Positions 14,015-26,946 of a DNA stretch of 64,000 bases are shown piece by piece. The stretch's first letter is position 1. Each line of letters opens with the position of its first letter. The DNA comes from Auanema rhodensis (taxonomy: Eukaryota > Animalia > Nematoda): assembly GCA_964057225.1 (NCBI GenBank), contig OZ059899.1, positions 11,842,001-11,906,000 of the forward strand. Direction: 5' to 3'. Below the pieces are notes generated by a model. It had not been told where the DNA came from. It saw nothing but the letters and a program-made list of their open reading frames with translations, and made no database searches. Both the position numbers and the translations under genes were made by a program.

Positions 14015-16832
14015 AAAATTCAAGTAAATTTAAAAGGAAATAAATGCTTTGAGATAATCTAACCATTTCATTCTGTTAAACTACTTGCCCACTTGTCCGA
14101 GTTGCAAATCAGGAGATTCTCGTGCTTGAGGATCAAAATTATGAAGAATCGACGGTTCTTTTTTCTTTTGGTTCTTATCCGTTTCTGAAGAGCCAGTAGA
14201 ATAGAAGAAGAACAGTAGATACTAGAAGAGCCATTGAAGTACCTTCTCCAACATGGCAGCATCATTATGACTCTTCAGCTATGCTCAGACATCTCAAAAT
14301 CTAGCGATTTTGACGTTCATATGCTTGTTTTTAGTGAAATGTTGCTGAACCCTTATATAACAAAAGCAATAGATATACATATGCATGTATGTACTACAAC
14401 CCATGTTACCGTAATCAGTTTCAATATATTTTCTTTTTCTTTTTTTCTCCTTTCTAAGCAGGGTCTTATAAACCCTATAGAAAAGAAAGCTGTTTCGAGA
14501 ATGAGCAGTCTTGGAAAATCTGCTTTACTTATAGAGTTCATTGAATGGTCAAACCATTTGCATCTGATTACGCTATTAGGCGAGCTGCACGAAAAATATG
14601 GAAAGAAGCTCAACAGAAGGCTTTCATTCGCAGTTTTTGGAGCAAATTCTGAAAACTCAAGAATTTTTTTTCATTTTATTACAAAACCTTGTAAAAATTG
14701 AATAATGGAAGATAAAATAACTACATTTTCTTATTTATTAGCATTTATAAATCCAATAATTTGAATGTTTATCATTCATATGCTTCAAATTAGACGACAA
14801 TCACGACAGTTCTGATTTAACAAGAAATAATTGAATTACTCTACTTCGTTGAACTTGTTCAATTGCTGAATATATAGTTGAAGCATTTGTTTCTCGCTCA
14901 TCATATTTCATCCTAATCTCTCTATATTCCGCTTATTCTTTCATTTGATTCTCATGAAATTGACCCATTTACCAGTTCTAATATGATTTTCATCTGATTT
15001 TCGTTCAGCAACAGTTGTTATATCTAGATTAGAACTATTGCATTAAATAAGATATTCCATGAAATATGACCAAAAATGTTGTATTTGGTTGAATGTTATC
15101 AGGCAGATGTGGTTTATACACAGATTGTATTGTCCTGCATAGCCAAGTTTAGCTGAAAGAGTCTGGAGAAATCATGTTTTTGATGAAATGTTTCGATGAA
15201 GCTTATTATGTACTTGCTCTTCTGATTTTGAAAATTTTCTTTAAAAGAAAAAAATACTTTCTACTAAGTAGAGATTAAGGAGGGGTGAAAGGACTCGAAA
15301 GGCCAAGACGGAAAGAGTTGGAATAGAAAGAGGAAGACTTGGTTGGAATCTTCCTTCTGAACCCGCTGATTGGGTAGGCCAGAGGGTGACTGGTTGATTC
15401 ACAACAGGGCATTCTCCTATGGTCTTCTTATTCTTCGTTATTCTCTCTGACTCTCTTTCTCCGTTCACCCTCCTGAAGCTTCATTTATCTGTCCCTTTTC
15501 GTTGTTTCTTTCGTACTCTCCAGCCTAATATGCTTGTGGCAATTTCTACAGCGGATATTCTTTAACTAGTCGTCAATTAGGATGCCCTGAGGATTGATAA
15601 TGGACAGAAGAGGGTTAAACTGCCTAGAAGACAATGTCCAAATATGGTTGTTTAGATTAGTATCTTTATTCACAAATATTTCATCGTCTATTCTCTGTCT
15701 ATCTTCAAAATATCTTTGAAATCTATTGTTTCTTTGTGTACACAAGAAGATACACATACATACATACATGTATACATATTCTATATTCATATTATAAACT
15801 GATTTACTTTTATATTTTCTTTTCCAAGTAATTTTCATTTGTTTCCTGATCGTTCGAGAATTCTGCTTACTTCAACCACACATCTGTTTATTCCTTCGTT
15901 TCTCTATTTTTCCAATTTTTGGTCGGCTTTATTACAAATAAAATAATTTCATCTCTGATATTAGACACAAAATTTAAGATTTTCAGAAGTTGTCGTTCGT
16001 TTGTCATCTTTTGACATCATCATCATCATCATCATCATACGTTTTTGATGTTTTTAGCGGCCCTTTCATCTTGTTGAGTGCTTTTTCTTAGATTTAGAAT
16101 ATTCTACATGTCCTAAATGGTCATCTTGATGACAATCATAATTGTGTCAGAAGGCGTCATGTTCGACGAAAAGACTAGAAGGCGATATGCAAGCGTATTC
16201 AAGCCTAGCCTAGAATGTATCAAACATTTGAAAACGTCATCTCACCATATATGCCCTTATTCTATTTCTAAGCTATTTAGAGCTCTTTGTGTCGATGAAC
16301 AACTGGATCTATCCATGATATATCTGGAAAAGATGAAACATTTTCTCAGATACTAAGCAGTATATGTACAATATTTGCCGAATTGTTGCCAGTGTGTCCA
16401 CTTAATTTTCAATTTCCTCTCATTTTTCGAAGGATATTGTAAGAGAATTAGTCTCAATTGCCATATTGTTCGATTGAAACTATATGAATTTTTGAAATTG
16501 AATCCAACTTAAAAGATTTTTAATTCAACCGGAGTGCGAATGTATGTATGTGTGTGTGTGGTAGTCAAAATTAAATTTTAGAACCAACTACTGTTCCAGA
16601 ATATTCTTTTTATCTCGCAAAACCATTCTAAACATTTATTGTTCTTTTCGTTCTATATTTCTATTGTTTTTTTTTCCCCAATAACTCTTCATAATCCATG
16701 TTAGAATAAGCATAAATTCAATAAAATAGTCGATTGCGAAAGAAGACAAAAAACTAACAAAAACTGAAGTCGGTTTGTGTATTTACTCTTCCACACAGTT
16801 TCTTTCACATCTTTTGTATTAAAAGAGAAAGA

Positions 16833-16835
<3 letters not shown>

Positions 16836-16880
<45 letters not shown>

Positions 16881-16896
16881 GGGGGGGGGAGAGAGA
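16836..16896. repeat. (GA)n microsatellite / purine tract
   Basis: GA run with interrupting G-runs. Confidence 0.9.
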
Positions 16897-17952
16897 AAGA
16901 AAGTGAGAGAAGAAAAAAGAAAAATTTATTAAAAAAAAGCTTAAAGGATATTAGGCTATTACCGAAGAAAGTGCTGCTTCTTTTTCACTTCAAATGCCTA
17001 TTCTCCCGACTTTGGTGCTTAGCAAGAAGAAATCCGTGGGAACGGCCACCAATTTTCAATCCATCTGAAGTTTTTGGTTTCGTTTTACATTTCCTTTTTA
17101 CTTTTTCAAATTGCTCTGATCTTTTTTTCTTTGCTAACTGCCTTTTGCTCGAACTTCATGTCTGTATAACCTTATATTAGATGAATGAGTGAGTGCCTAT
17201 GATGCATAAGCATGTGTATATTGAAGCCTCTAGAGAGTGTCTGTTGTCTCTCCATTCAACATTCATCTAAGAAAATGAAGTTTTCCTAATTTAACCAACG
17301 TTTAGCCTTCCTCCAGCTCAAACATATGAAAACTGTTAACATATCCCAAAATTTCTTATTGCTTTTTGCTGTTCACTAATGTTCTACCTCCTACATGCCC
17401 ACTTTATTAGTCATCGTTAAGTTTTTGTTCAAAAACTTCAAAACTCTGCTTTTCCTTGTTTTGTTGATCCTCAATCTAATAAACTATATTGTCTATACAA
17501 TTCTTTCTTGGTTATGTTTAGAAGTAAGCTTAAAAGTTATGTTACAACTACAACTTTATCTCACTCTTCTTCCTTCCATGAAATATCGCTTTATAGTTTT
17601 TTTTCCAGAGGTATTATATTATTTTTAATATGGATATACAGTGAAAGTTTGTACTAAAAATCCTGTTTTTACAAATATTATGAGAATAGCAGTAAGATAG
17701 AGAAACTCTTGAAACGAAGTGTGTATACGAGAGAGAGAGATGAGAAAAAGGAATAGAAGGGAAAAATTGAGAGAATACAAAGTAGGAAAAGAAGAAGTTT
17801 TCTTTCTCCCCCCCCCCCCATTCTCTCTCTCTCTCTTCCTCTCTTCGTTTCCCTTCCTATCGTTCTTCTCTTACAGCTCTGGGGTTGGATGGAAGACTGG
17901 TGTCTCGGAAATAACTCAATTTGTCAATGCTTTTCAGGCTTTCCAACGTCCT

Positions 17953-18069
17953 ATGAGCTGTGGCTCTCCGCCTTCTCCCAAAAAGGACGAGCCCCTCACC
18001 CCGACCACCGACGGCAACACACTTTCTTTATCTCGGAAGCTAGCTATCTGTTCGGTTGAAAAACAATAG
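17953..18069 (+). CDS. Candidate 38-aa small ORF or orphan terminal exon (MSCGSPPSPKKDEPLTPTTDGNTLSLSRKLAICSVEKQ)
   Basis: GC-enriched coding-like island directly after a consensus TTTTCAG acceptor (17931-17937). No homology recognised. Confidence 0.3.
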   Translation: MSCGSPPSPKKDEPLTPTTDGNTLSLSRKLAICSVEKQ

Positions 18070-20802
18070 AATCTGAAAAACTGGACAGACCTCCACTGCT
18101 GTATTTTTTTCTTCGACATGGTTGTTTTACACATTAAATTAGTTTGTCTTGATGTTATTATATTGAATGTTTTTCAATATAATCTTTTTCTTTCTTTCTT
18201 TTTTCAATTTTATATCTTTTCATCTGTCTATTCTCTCTACATTCAATTCAATGCTCCATTGGCTACGGGTGTTTCTTTGTTGTTTAACATCTATTTCATT
18301 AGATGCTCTTTTAATTTATTTCATATTCTTAAATTCATGTTCATTCATCTAACACATCATGTAATAATGTCAGTGCATATCCTCTTCTCTGAGAAAGTAT
18401 GTAGCAAGATGTAATCTAGTACAAACCTCATTCATTCACATATAAAACTCCTGTGTTAGATGCATCGCAATCTTCAATAGCTTCGACTTCTTCTTGTTTT
18501 CATCATCAGATCATAGACTTTCTTCATTACCTTTTATATTTTCCTCAGCTTCTGTGTTGTTTCTATTTCTCGTTTTAACTCATTTCCTTTTTTCCCCTTT
18601 TTTTTATTCACATACCAATTTCTATTACTATTGCAACTTTTACTTCTCTCTCTCCCTCTCTCTGCTTTTCCCTCTCGCTTTCTTTGCATGCCTTTCTCTC
18701 TCTATCTCTCTCTTTTCGCTTACACTGTTTGCTGATTGCAGTATTTGGTCCTGCAGTCTGTTCAATATACACCTCTCTATCTAATTGGTGGCCTTAATGG
18801 ATTACGGTAGGCAATGGTCTCGCTTTCTTGGAAGATTTAAGAGTGAAATAGACAAAACAAGCTAATTCTATTTTCATACCTCATGTTGTCTCTATCGCCC
18901 CCAGTGACTAAATCTTCAACTATAAATATATCCTAATTTTAAAAGAAAAGTAAAAAGAATAGAAAGTATAAGGATTAAAGAAGATAGATAGATAGACGAT
19001 ACTTAAAGAGAAGTAGAGAAAGTTAAAGGAAGTAAGAGGGAGATAGATAGATAGAGAAGGTTAAACAGAGTGTGGTAGTGAAAAAAGCCGGAAAGAAATA
19101 GAAATATAGGAAAGAGAAACATATGGAAGAATAACGAAGAAAGTTTCTGTTTTTAAGTTTTCTAATTCTCTGCAATTGTTGCGACGTTGTTTTCGTCGAG
19201 CCAGCAATATTCTGCTATCCATCTCTCTTTCTTCATATTTCATATCCAAAGAGCATAGCAGCAAAGTCAAATCTGAAGATTTATGTGGATATAGAACCGT
19301 CTTCTTTTCTTGAGCTATCAGTATTACATCCAATTAATTCCTTATTTTATAGCTATTGTTTATAATACTTTGTTATAAAGCTAAAACAAACCAGTCAAAT
19401 GCTCATAATAGAAATGTAGCTAACATGAAATTAGAGAAAAGATAAACGATGTGAAGGTTTAAATATGTGTAAACAAAAGCTATTAAGGATAAGATACTGA
19501 CACATCTTCTGCCAATCTTTTTTTCATCCCGTTTTTTGTCCTCTTCGTAACTCCATATTCTAGAGGTTATTTTTGAAAAAGAAAAAAAGAAGCAAACAAG
19601 CAAACCCGAATATTCTGGAAGAACGCTACTTACATGAACAAAACCGCAATAGCAAAGGACATTTTCTTAAGCATTGAAGGGGACATCACTTGCTAAACGT
19701 GAATTAGGATAAATCTCTGGAGAACCGTGTCCATGTTATCTGATTTCCGACTGGCAACCATTGACTTCATCGTCTGCCAAGTTGATGGCAGTCTTCGGAG
19801 GCAATTGTGATTCATAGCAGCTTCACTTTCCCTTGGAAGACATCTGACTAGATATCCCTGGAGACAGTCGCGGTCCATTCTCTTGGTTCTTCCTTCGAAT
19901 TTCTCTATTTTCTAGCTTGGCATATCGGGAACACGAAACTTTTGATCATCTGATATAATATTTTCAGTTGATTTTTCTATTATTTCAACTTTAGTTCTAT
20001 TCATAGTTCAATTTTCAATTTCGTATACTTCGACTTCTGCCGAGTTTAACTCTTTCACTGAACGAACCTTTGATTTTTGAGCTGCTGATGAGCAACTGAT
20101 CAATCACGTTGCGCTGTTGATCATGATCAGCCCACTTTAATTAATCAGAAATTCTTCTGAATTGTTTGATAACATTAACTGACTGTTCCTAACCTTAGCA
20201 TATATTAATATTTATATATTAATGTTTTCTTTTCCAAAAAAAAAAAAATGTTTTGATTGCCAAGTCAGAAAACCTATCTGTTCTTCCAGTTCTCGAGGAG
20301 AGCCAATTTCCTCATAAGATGAAGAACCGATAGATGAGAGAAAGATTGTATTACACATGACATTCTATTCTTACGTTTAGTGCATCATCTGAATTTATAA
20401 TAAAACAAAAAAAAAACATTTTATTTTACTATTTGTATTTGCTTTTTAACAAAAAAAAACTTAAATATCATGAAATGAGTAGCAGCTCAATGATTAAATT
20501 TGAGAAAAAAAAATCGAATTGCTATTCATAATTGACCTGAGCAAGAAAATAGCTGCTCCTCATTATGTCATATGTAATCTAATTTGCATATCCACGTAGC
20601 TCTCACGTAAAGGAAGCGTATTTCTTGCATTCGGTTCAGTCGGTTGTTATTGTTGTGGTCTTAAACTCTCTTATCATCAAAAACTAGTTTTCCGCCTTTT
20701 TTATTATTTTTGAGTTAAATTAATTTTTCTCTTTGCAATAATATCTTTAAGACATGTTTTTGAGCCAAGCTTCATACTTATTAACTTCGTTTTACAGTAT
20801 TT

Positions 20803-22659
20803 ATGGACTCGACGGTCTCGTCGTGGTCTGATGAATTGGAAAAAGATTTTGACAAAGCATTTGTATCACTCGATTTACTGCTAGGTGAAATCGATAGTGA
20901 TCAGGTAACACTCAAGTTATTGAGTACATCTGTCGTATTTTCAAAAACTTAGGTTGAAATCACATATGAGGGTCGTCAGAAGATGACAGCACTCAGTGCT
21001 TGCTTCGCTCAGCTTATACATAAAGCACATACAATGCAGCATTCTATAACCAAACAAGAAAAAGTTAGTTTTTCGTCCATTTTTCATGACATACTATTAT
21101 TTTGTTTTGTTTGTTTTTCTAAATTCAAATCTATATGCTGCATAATATCATATATTTTATCTGTTTTCTTGTACAGGAGCTTGCTCAGCTACGAGAAACA
21201 CTTTCACAAGCAAATGCTGGAGCTAGAGCATTAGAAAAAGAAGCTCAACAGCTTATGTTACAGGTATATTTCTATCTAACTTTTATGTTTATATTTATTC
21301 ATTTTAAAGGTACATACATTGCAATGTCAATTACATTCAAAAACTGCGCCTCATGAGTCAGATATGATTAAAAAGAAATTGGTGAATATATATATTTATA
21401 TATTGTTTATGAAATGTTATTGAATTTCTGTGTAGGAAGGAGAAATATTGTCTTTTCGTGCTGAATTGATTCCTTCACTTATGGCTGATTGTGAGGCTGA
21501 TGACTTACGCAAGGAGAACGAACGGCAAAGACGCTTGATATCAGCATTAGAAACTGAAGTGTTCGGAGCTCGTTTAGCCGCAAAATATTTAGATAAGGTA
21601 AATGAATAATATATATTTATATATTTATATATGTATATATTATAGGAACTTGCTGGACGAATTCAACAAATTCAATTGTTGGGGCGAAATATGAGAGGAG
21701 TAGAACATGATCGTTTGTGGAACCAACTTGAAGCTGAAATCCATCTGCATCGACATAAAACTGTGATAAGAGCTTGCCGGTATGATTATTTCATTATGCA
21801 TCATTTTTCTGAGATAATCCGTTTTAGCGGTAGGGGTAATACTAAAGGCTTAGCTGTTCCTCCCCGACATGATACCAGAAACCTGCGACGACGAAAAGGC
21901 GTCGGGGAAAATCGGCAAGTGCACTTACCAAAGCTTCCACATGAAGGACTAGGAATATCAATTACAGTTAGTTTATCATCTATTGGGAAATATTCAAAAT
22001 ATATGAATCATAGGGCGGAACTGAGCATGCATTACCTATCGTCATTTCTGAAATACAACCTGGCCAACCAGCTGATAGGTGTGGCCAATTATTCGTAAGC
22101 ATTAAACAATTATTCCAAGTTTATTTCCAAATTTAATTTTATAGGTAGGAGATGCAATTTTATCTGTGAACGGATTCGATTTGCGTCAGGCACGACACCA
22201 AGAAGCTGTCGACATATTGAGCAGCCAGGTAAGAACTTATCATTGTCACATATTCTTATCAATTTAAACAATTGCTCGGAATAGCAATAATTATTTTATT
22301 GGAACGAAAATATTTTTTTTTCTTGTTGAAATTAGCTTCTATTATATATATTCTTTGTTTAAACATGCCTTCAGCAGGGAGACTTGAATTTGGAAGTTGT
22401 ATACGTGGCTCCAGATGAAGACTCCGACGATGACGGCACAGTTATGTTAGCTGATAGCGCTGGATGCTTGTAAGTATTTATTATTATTTTGTATTTATTG
22501 TTATTTTTAATATTATATTGTATTAATATATTAATGTTTATGTGTTTCAGATATAATATGTATAACAATGCTATAAACGAGGAACCATCATCAAGTCGCT
22601 CGTCTACAGTATCACAGCATAATTCAGAAGGAGGAAGCTCAGACATCAAGGCTTCTTAA
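20803..22659 (+). CDS. gopc-1: GOPC/PIST Golgi PDZ and coiled-coil protein
   Basis: '[49 protein letters not shown]', '[30 protein letters not shown]', '[22 protein letters not shown]', PDZ '[45 protein letters not shown]'. Confidence 0.93.
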
Positions 22660-25600
22660 GATCCTTGAAAAAACAGAATAGTTTTTCTACTGTAATTTAT
22701 ATACCTGTAGTGCCAAAATTATTACGTAAGCCAATTTGATTTGATTATGAATTCGAGTTGCTTATCTTTTTTTTTTCAATTTATTAGGTGTCCTTCTTTT
22801 GCCTTACGGGTATCCTACTCAGTATTGCTCATTTCCGTTTTTTTAACCCTATTTTTAAACATTTTCTGTAAGCAAGTGAGGACACTTTCATAAGTATTGA
22901 CGTAATAATTGCAAACCTTCTACGTAAATAAGTTAATGAGCTGAAAAGTTGTCTATAAGACGGTGTACCTAATGTATTATACTAAATTTTGAAATTGATC
23001 ATAAATATTTTTATCAAACCGGGAAATGTTTTATCTTTGCTTCATCAGCATTCGAATGTTTCCAAACCTGTGTACAGAAGCCATATAATGACGAATTTTG
23101 ACTTTTAACGAGCAATATAGTTGAATAAGTTATGTAAGTTCTTTTTGTGTGTAATCATTTCGCTATGTGACGCCGCCATGTTAATTATTACTTTTATATT
23201 TTATTATTACTTTTCGTGATAATACTTTGAATTACTCCGCGTGGGTTCATGGTGGGGTGTAGCCATTAGAGTGTACATTCGCAGATTATCTATAAGACCG
23301 ATTAGCTACTGTTCAAGTCACTATCTACATGGGGTACGATGAGCGAAAGTCATCTAGAGTGCAAAGTCCAAATGTAAACCTGCATAAAGACAGGACAATA
23401 TCAGTTTTACAAGATTTTTCAAAACTAATATGATGTGCATATGCAGACATAAATGAATGATTATTTTAAAATATTTATACAATTCATCCATACAATTTAC
23501 AATTAATATCAAAAGAATGTGATGCTTATGATGTAACAATTTCTATTGACCGGTATTAATTTTTGGTTTGAAAAATGGACCAACACAAATTCAAATTCCT
23601 GGATTATGTTCATAGTTCATTTTAATTATCTGGATTGAATATGCGGTTGATAGTACTTACTCAATACTGAATCATTATTTGTTTTTAGATTAACGTTGGT
23701 TCCTCTTGTAGTAGGCTGGCAAATTCTTATTCTTGCTATACGCCTATACAGTGAATGCTGGTAGGAATTTATAGGGAAACTATGGAATTCGTATCTCAAT
23801 ACAGGTTAGCTTTTTTTTTCCTCGTTTTAATTCATTTTTAATTCACTACTATTTTGTACATTTTTTATGTTATTGATTTCATATATTTTTGATTTATGCA
23901 AAGATTTGCATGATTTTGTAGTTTCATATCATAACATTTTTATGAATAGCAGTAAGCTATAACGTTAACCGATGAGCTGGTGACGTGATAGGTCTATCTG
24001 ATCCATTAGGAGGGTTTTGTGTCTTGCTACGGTTCTCGCTTTGTCTATTGCTCCGTCATTCAGTCAATGCTTATCTTTGCCATCTTTTCTCTCGCTCTTT
24101 GTAAACGCGAAGAGGCTTTATTTACATGATGAATCGTTGAGCTGAAGCTAACTTTTTTGTTATATCCCTTTGATTATTCGACAAATTTTTTTTCCTAAGA
24201 ATAAGTTGATGCATTCGGGTTCATAGCGGGTCCAAAGGGCTATAAGCACATAATCAGAACGTTTTTGATTTAATCTTGACTCGCAGGGCCACTCCTACAA
24301 AATGTTGCCCAAAAATAACACATTTATAAATATTTGATAGTGTCATGTCTGTTTGTAGACTATAGGATGGCTTATGATTTCTTAGCTTTACATCCTTCAA
24401 ACTTAACTACGTTATCATAATATTTTTTGCCATTCTTCAATGTCTGACTATGTACACTTCATATGAAATCAATATATCTTATTGGTCTAGCACTTTAAGT
24501 TATGTCATCGATAATATTGTTTTCATTAAAATCGAATTCATTGTTTCGTGTCCGCCTCACACGCTTTTTTTTCTTTTCCTGACTTTATACCCTTTTTCTA
24601 GCCTCCATTCTATTCTTTTCAATGCTTTTATTGCTTTCATATTTTTTTCAATTTTCTTTTATGTTTTTTACGTTATTAACAATACGATTATATGTAATAT
24701 CCTTATTTTTTGTTCTAGGACTAATTTCAAGATATCTTGCACTACCAAATTTTTGGATCTCAGTTCATGACCCAGTTTCCTTTAGTTTATGTGAGTTGAA
24801 ATTTTTTGTTGGAATTACTGATTATTCTCGTATTTCTTTTGGACTGATAACTATCGGCATTTTGTCTTGAACTGTTTCAATATTTATACGTTTACTATCG
24901 CATAATTAAAAAAATATTAGCCATAAAATTTGCATTTTTGGAAAATAGCAAGAAAATGATCTGCAAAACTTAGTAATTTCTGTACAGACATGAGTATTCT
25001 CGTGCCAATTTTAATTTTCCCAGTTTGAAAGTTTGTGCCTACAAGTAATGTTAAAGTATCTTGCCCTTTTTCTAATATTGTTATTAAGTAAGATGGTCAT
25101 ATGCTATCTAAATCATAGATCATAGCACAGGTTTTAATAAGGTTTGTAACATTTGAAAGCTATCCTGTTGGTAATTACATTCCACCTGAACTTTGGTGCA
25201 GTTTTACCATAATTGATGCAGGTTGCCGACTAGGCCTTGAACGATGACTCGCTCTATTACATCAGGGATAGCATTTTTTCTTGAACGGAACTAAAAAAAG
25301 AAGAGCTCAAAGAAAAATCATTTTGAAATTCATCAATATGATCACGTATTCATTCATAAATTACGTTTGAAGCTTCATTTTATGTACGATGATATCAGAA
25401 GCAGTTACATTTCGACATTGTTGTACAACGTTTTACATTTGATTTTGTAGCGGAACAGTATTTCCCATACATCATGGTGCTGCAGTTTAAAACACTGAAA
25501 CCTTGATTCTTGCATTTTACTGGCTTACCATCGAGAGAATAACTATTTCGGAAGCATCATTCTATTTTGAGATCTTCTTTCATTTTTAAGACAGGATTTC

Positions 25601-26946
25601 TATTCATTATTGGTCACGCCTTGCTATTGTGGAAACTTAGAAAAATCGGTAAGGGTCGGGCATTTCTTGTTTCTTCGTCTTGTGTATGTGTATTTCTACC
25701 TATATGTCTTCTCGCACTTCTTTTTTCACGGTCATTTTCTAGTGATCGATCTCGATTTAGAAGTTATCTAAAAAATTCTAGTACTGATAGTTCATAAGCA
25801 TGAATTGTTTGTAGGCATATCCATATATTTCCACTTGGCCTTTGCTTTTAATACTTTATTGATATTATTCTTTCCCACATTTCAACATTACTTATCGATT
25901 GGATAGATTGTCATGATCCAGTTAACTGCCTACAACTATTTTAGTATCGTTTCTGCTTTTGTTTTACTATTCTGTTCTAATGTTGTCATGCTTCCTTGTC
26001 TTTGCTCTCTGTTTGTGATGTTCGTAAACTTAGCTAATATGAATTGCGGTCCGACTTGTCGATGTTTTCCGAGTCATGAAAAACATTCCTGCCTGTGCAT
26101 TGGGGTCGGCTCGTGAAGGATCTGGTTCTTCGTATCCCTGCTGCACGAGCTCTATTCATTTTGATGTAAAATGGACATGCATTACATTCCTATAACCCGT
26201 CCATATTAAAAAATTGTTCGTCTTACCTCGTTTGTTATTGTGTATTCAACTTTCTTTTCAAATTATCTTGTCTGTTTGAATATCGTTCAAGATAACTTGC
26301 TCTCCGCATTTATTCTTGACCTGTCATTTCTAATTACTCCGGTCTTTGGAACTTTTATTAAGTGATGAAAAGGAATTAAAATTTTCATTTTCTGATCAAC
26401 ATATATTACAATTGTCAATTTTTTAAAGTTATTTTGATAAGAAACTGTATAAATCGTGTTCTTAATCGCTACTTTTCTTGTCAATGTGTAGCAAACTAGA
26501 CAGTTAGGCATTTCCTATACGATTTCCCTTGGTACGTAATTCATGTTTTCCAACACCTCACTTAGCACAAAAAAACTGTTACTGATCGTACAGCATCCTA
26601 GTTCTTTAAGGATCGAAGAGCATGGCGTTCTTTCGTTACATGAAGCAACTATCGAACTTGAAATGTATTACCTTTTGTTCCGAAATTCCTAATGCTAGTG
26701 ATCAGGAATTCCATATACTCTACATAATTAACTAATAGTTTCAAATACAATAATTCATTTTTCTATTTAAATGCGCACATGACAGCTAATTAAGTTCGAA
26801 ATACGCAATTTTGAGTGGGAACCTTCATATTCTATTATATTTTATTATCGTTATTATCAGACAACTGTCATCTTTCTTGATCGTGGACTGTTCCCCATAT
26901 GGGTTGACTTGAAATTGTATCTTTCATTATCGATTTGTTGCAGAAG

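Noticed and set aside
14234-14701. 155-codon ORF in the gene-poor region
   Set aside because: Starts at TTG, contains low-complexity T-rich segments, has no motifs and no coherent splice structure.
15099-15156. AGGCAGATGTGG resembling miR-34/miR-72 5' ends
   Set aside because: Seed mismatch and poor precursor pairing.
20084-20131. CTGATGAG with a hairpin, hammerhead-like (also at ~44026)
   Set aside because: No correctly placed GAAA plus stem II and no cleavage-site helix.
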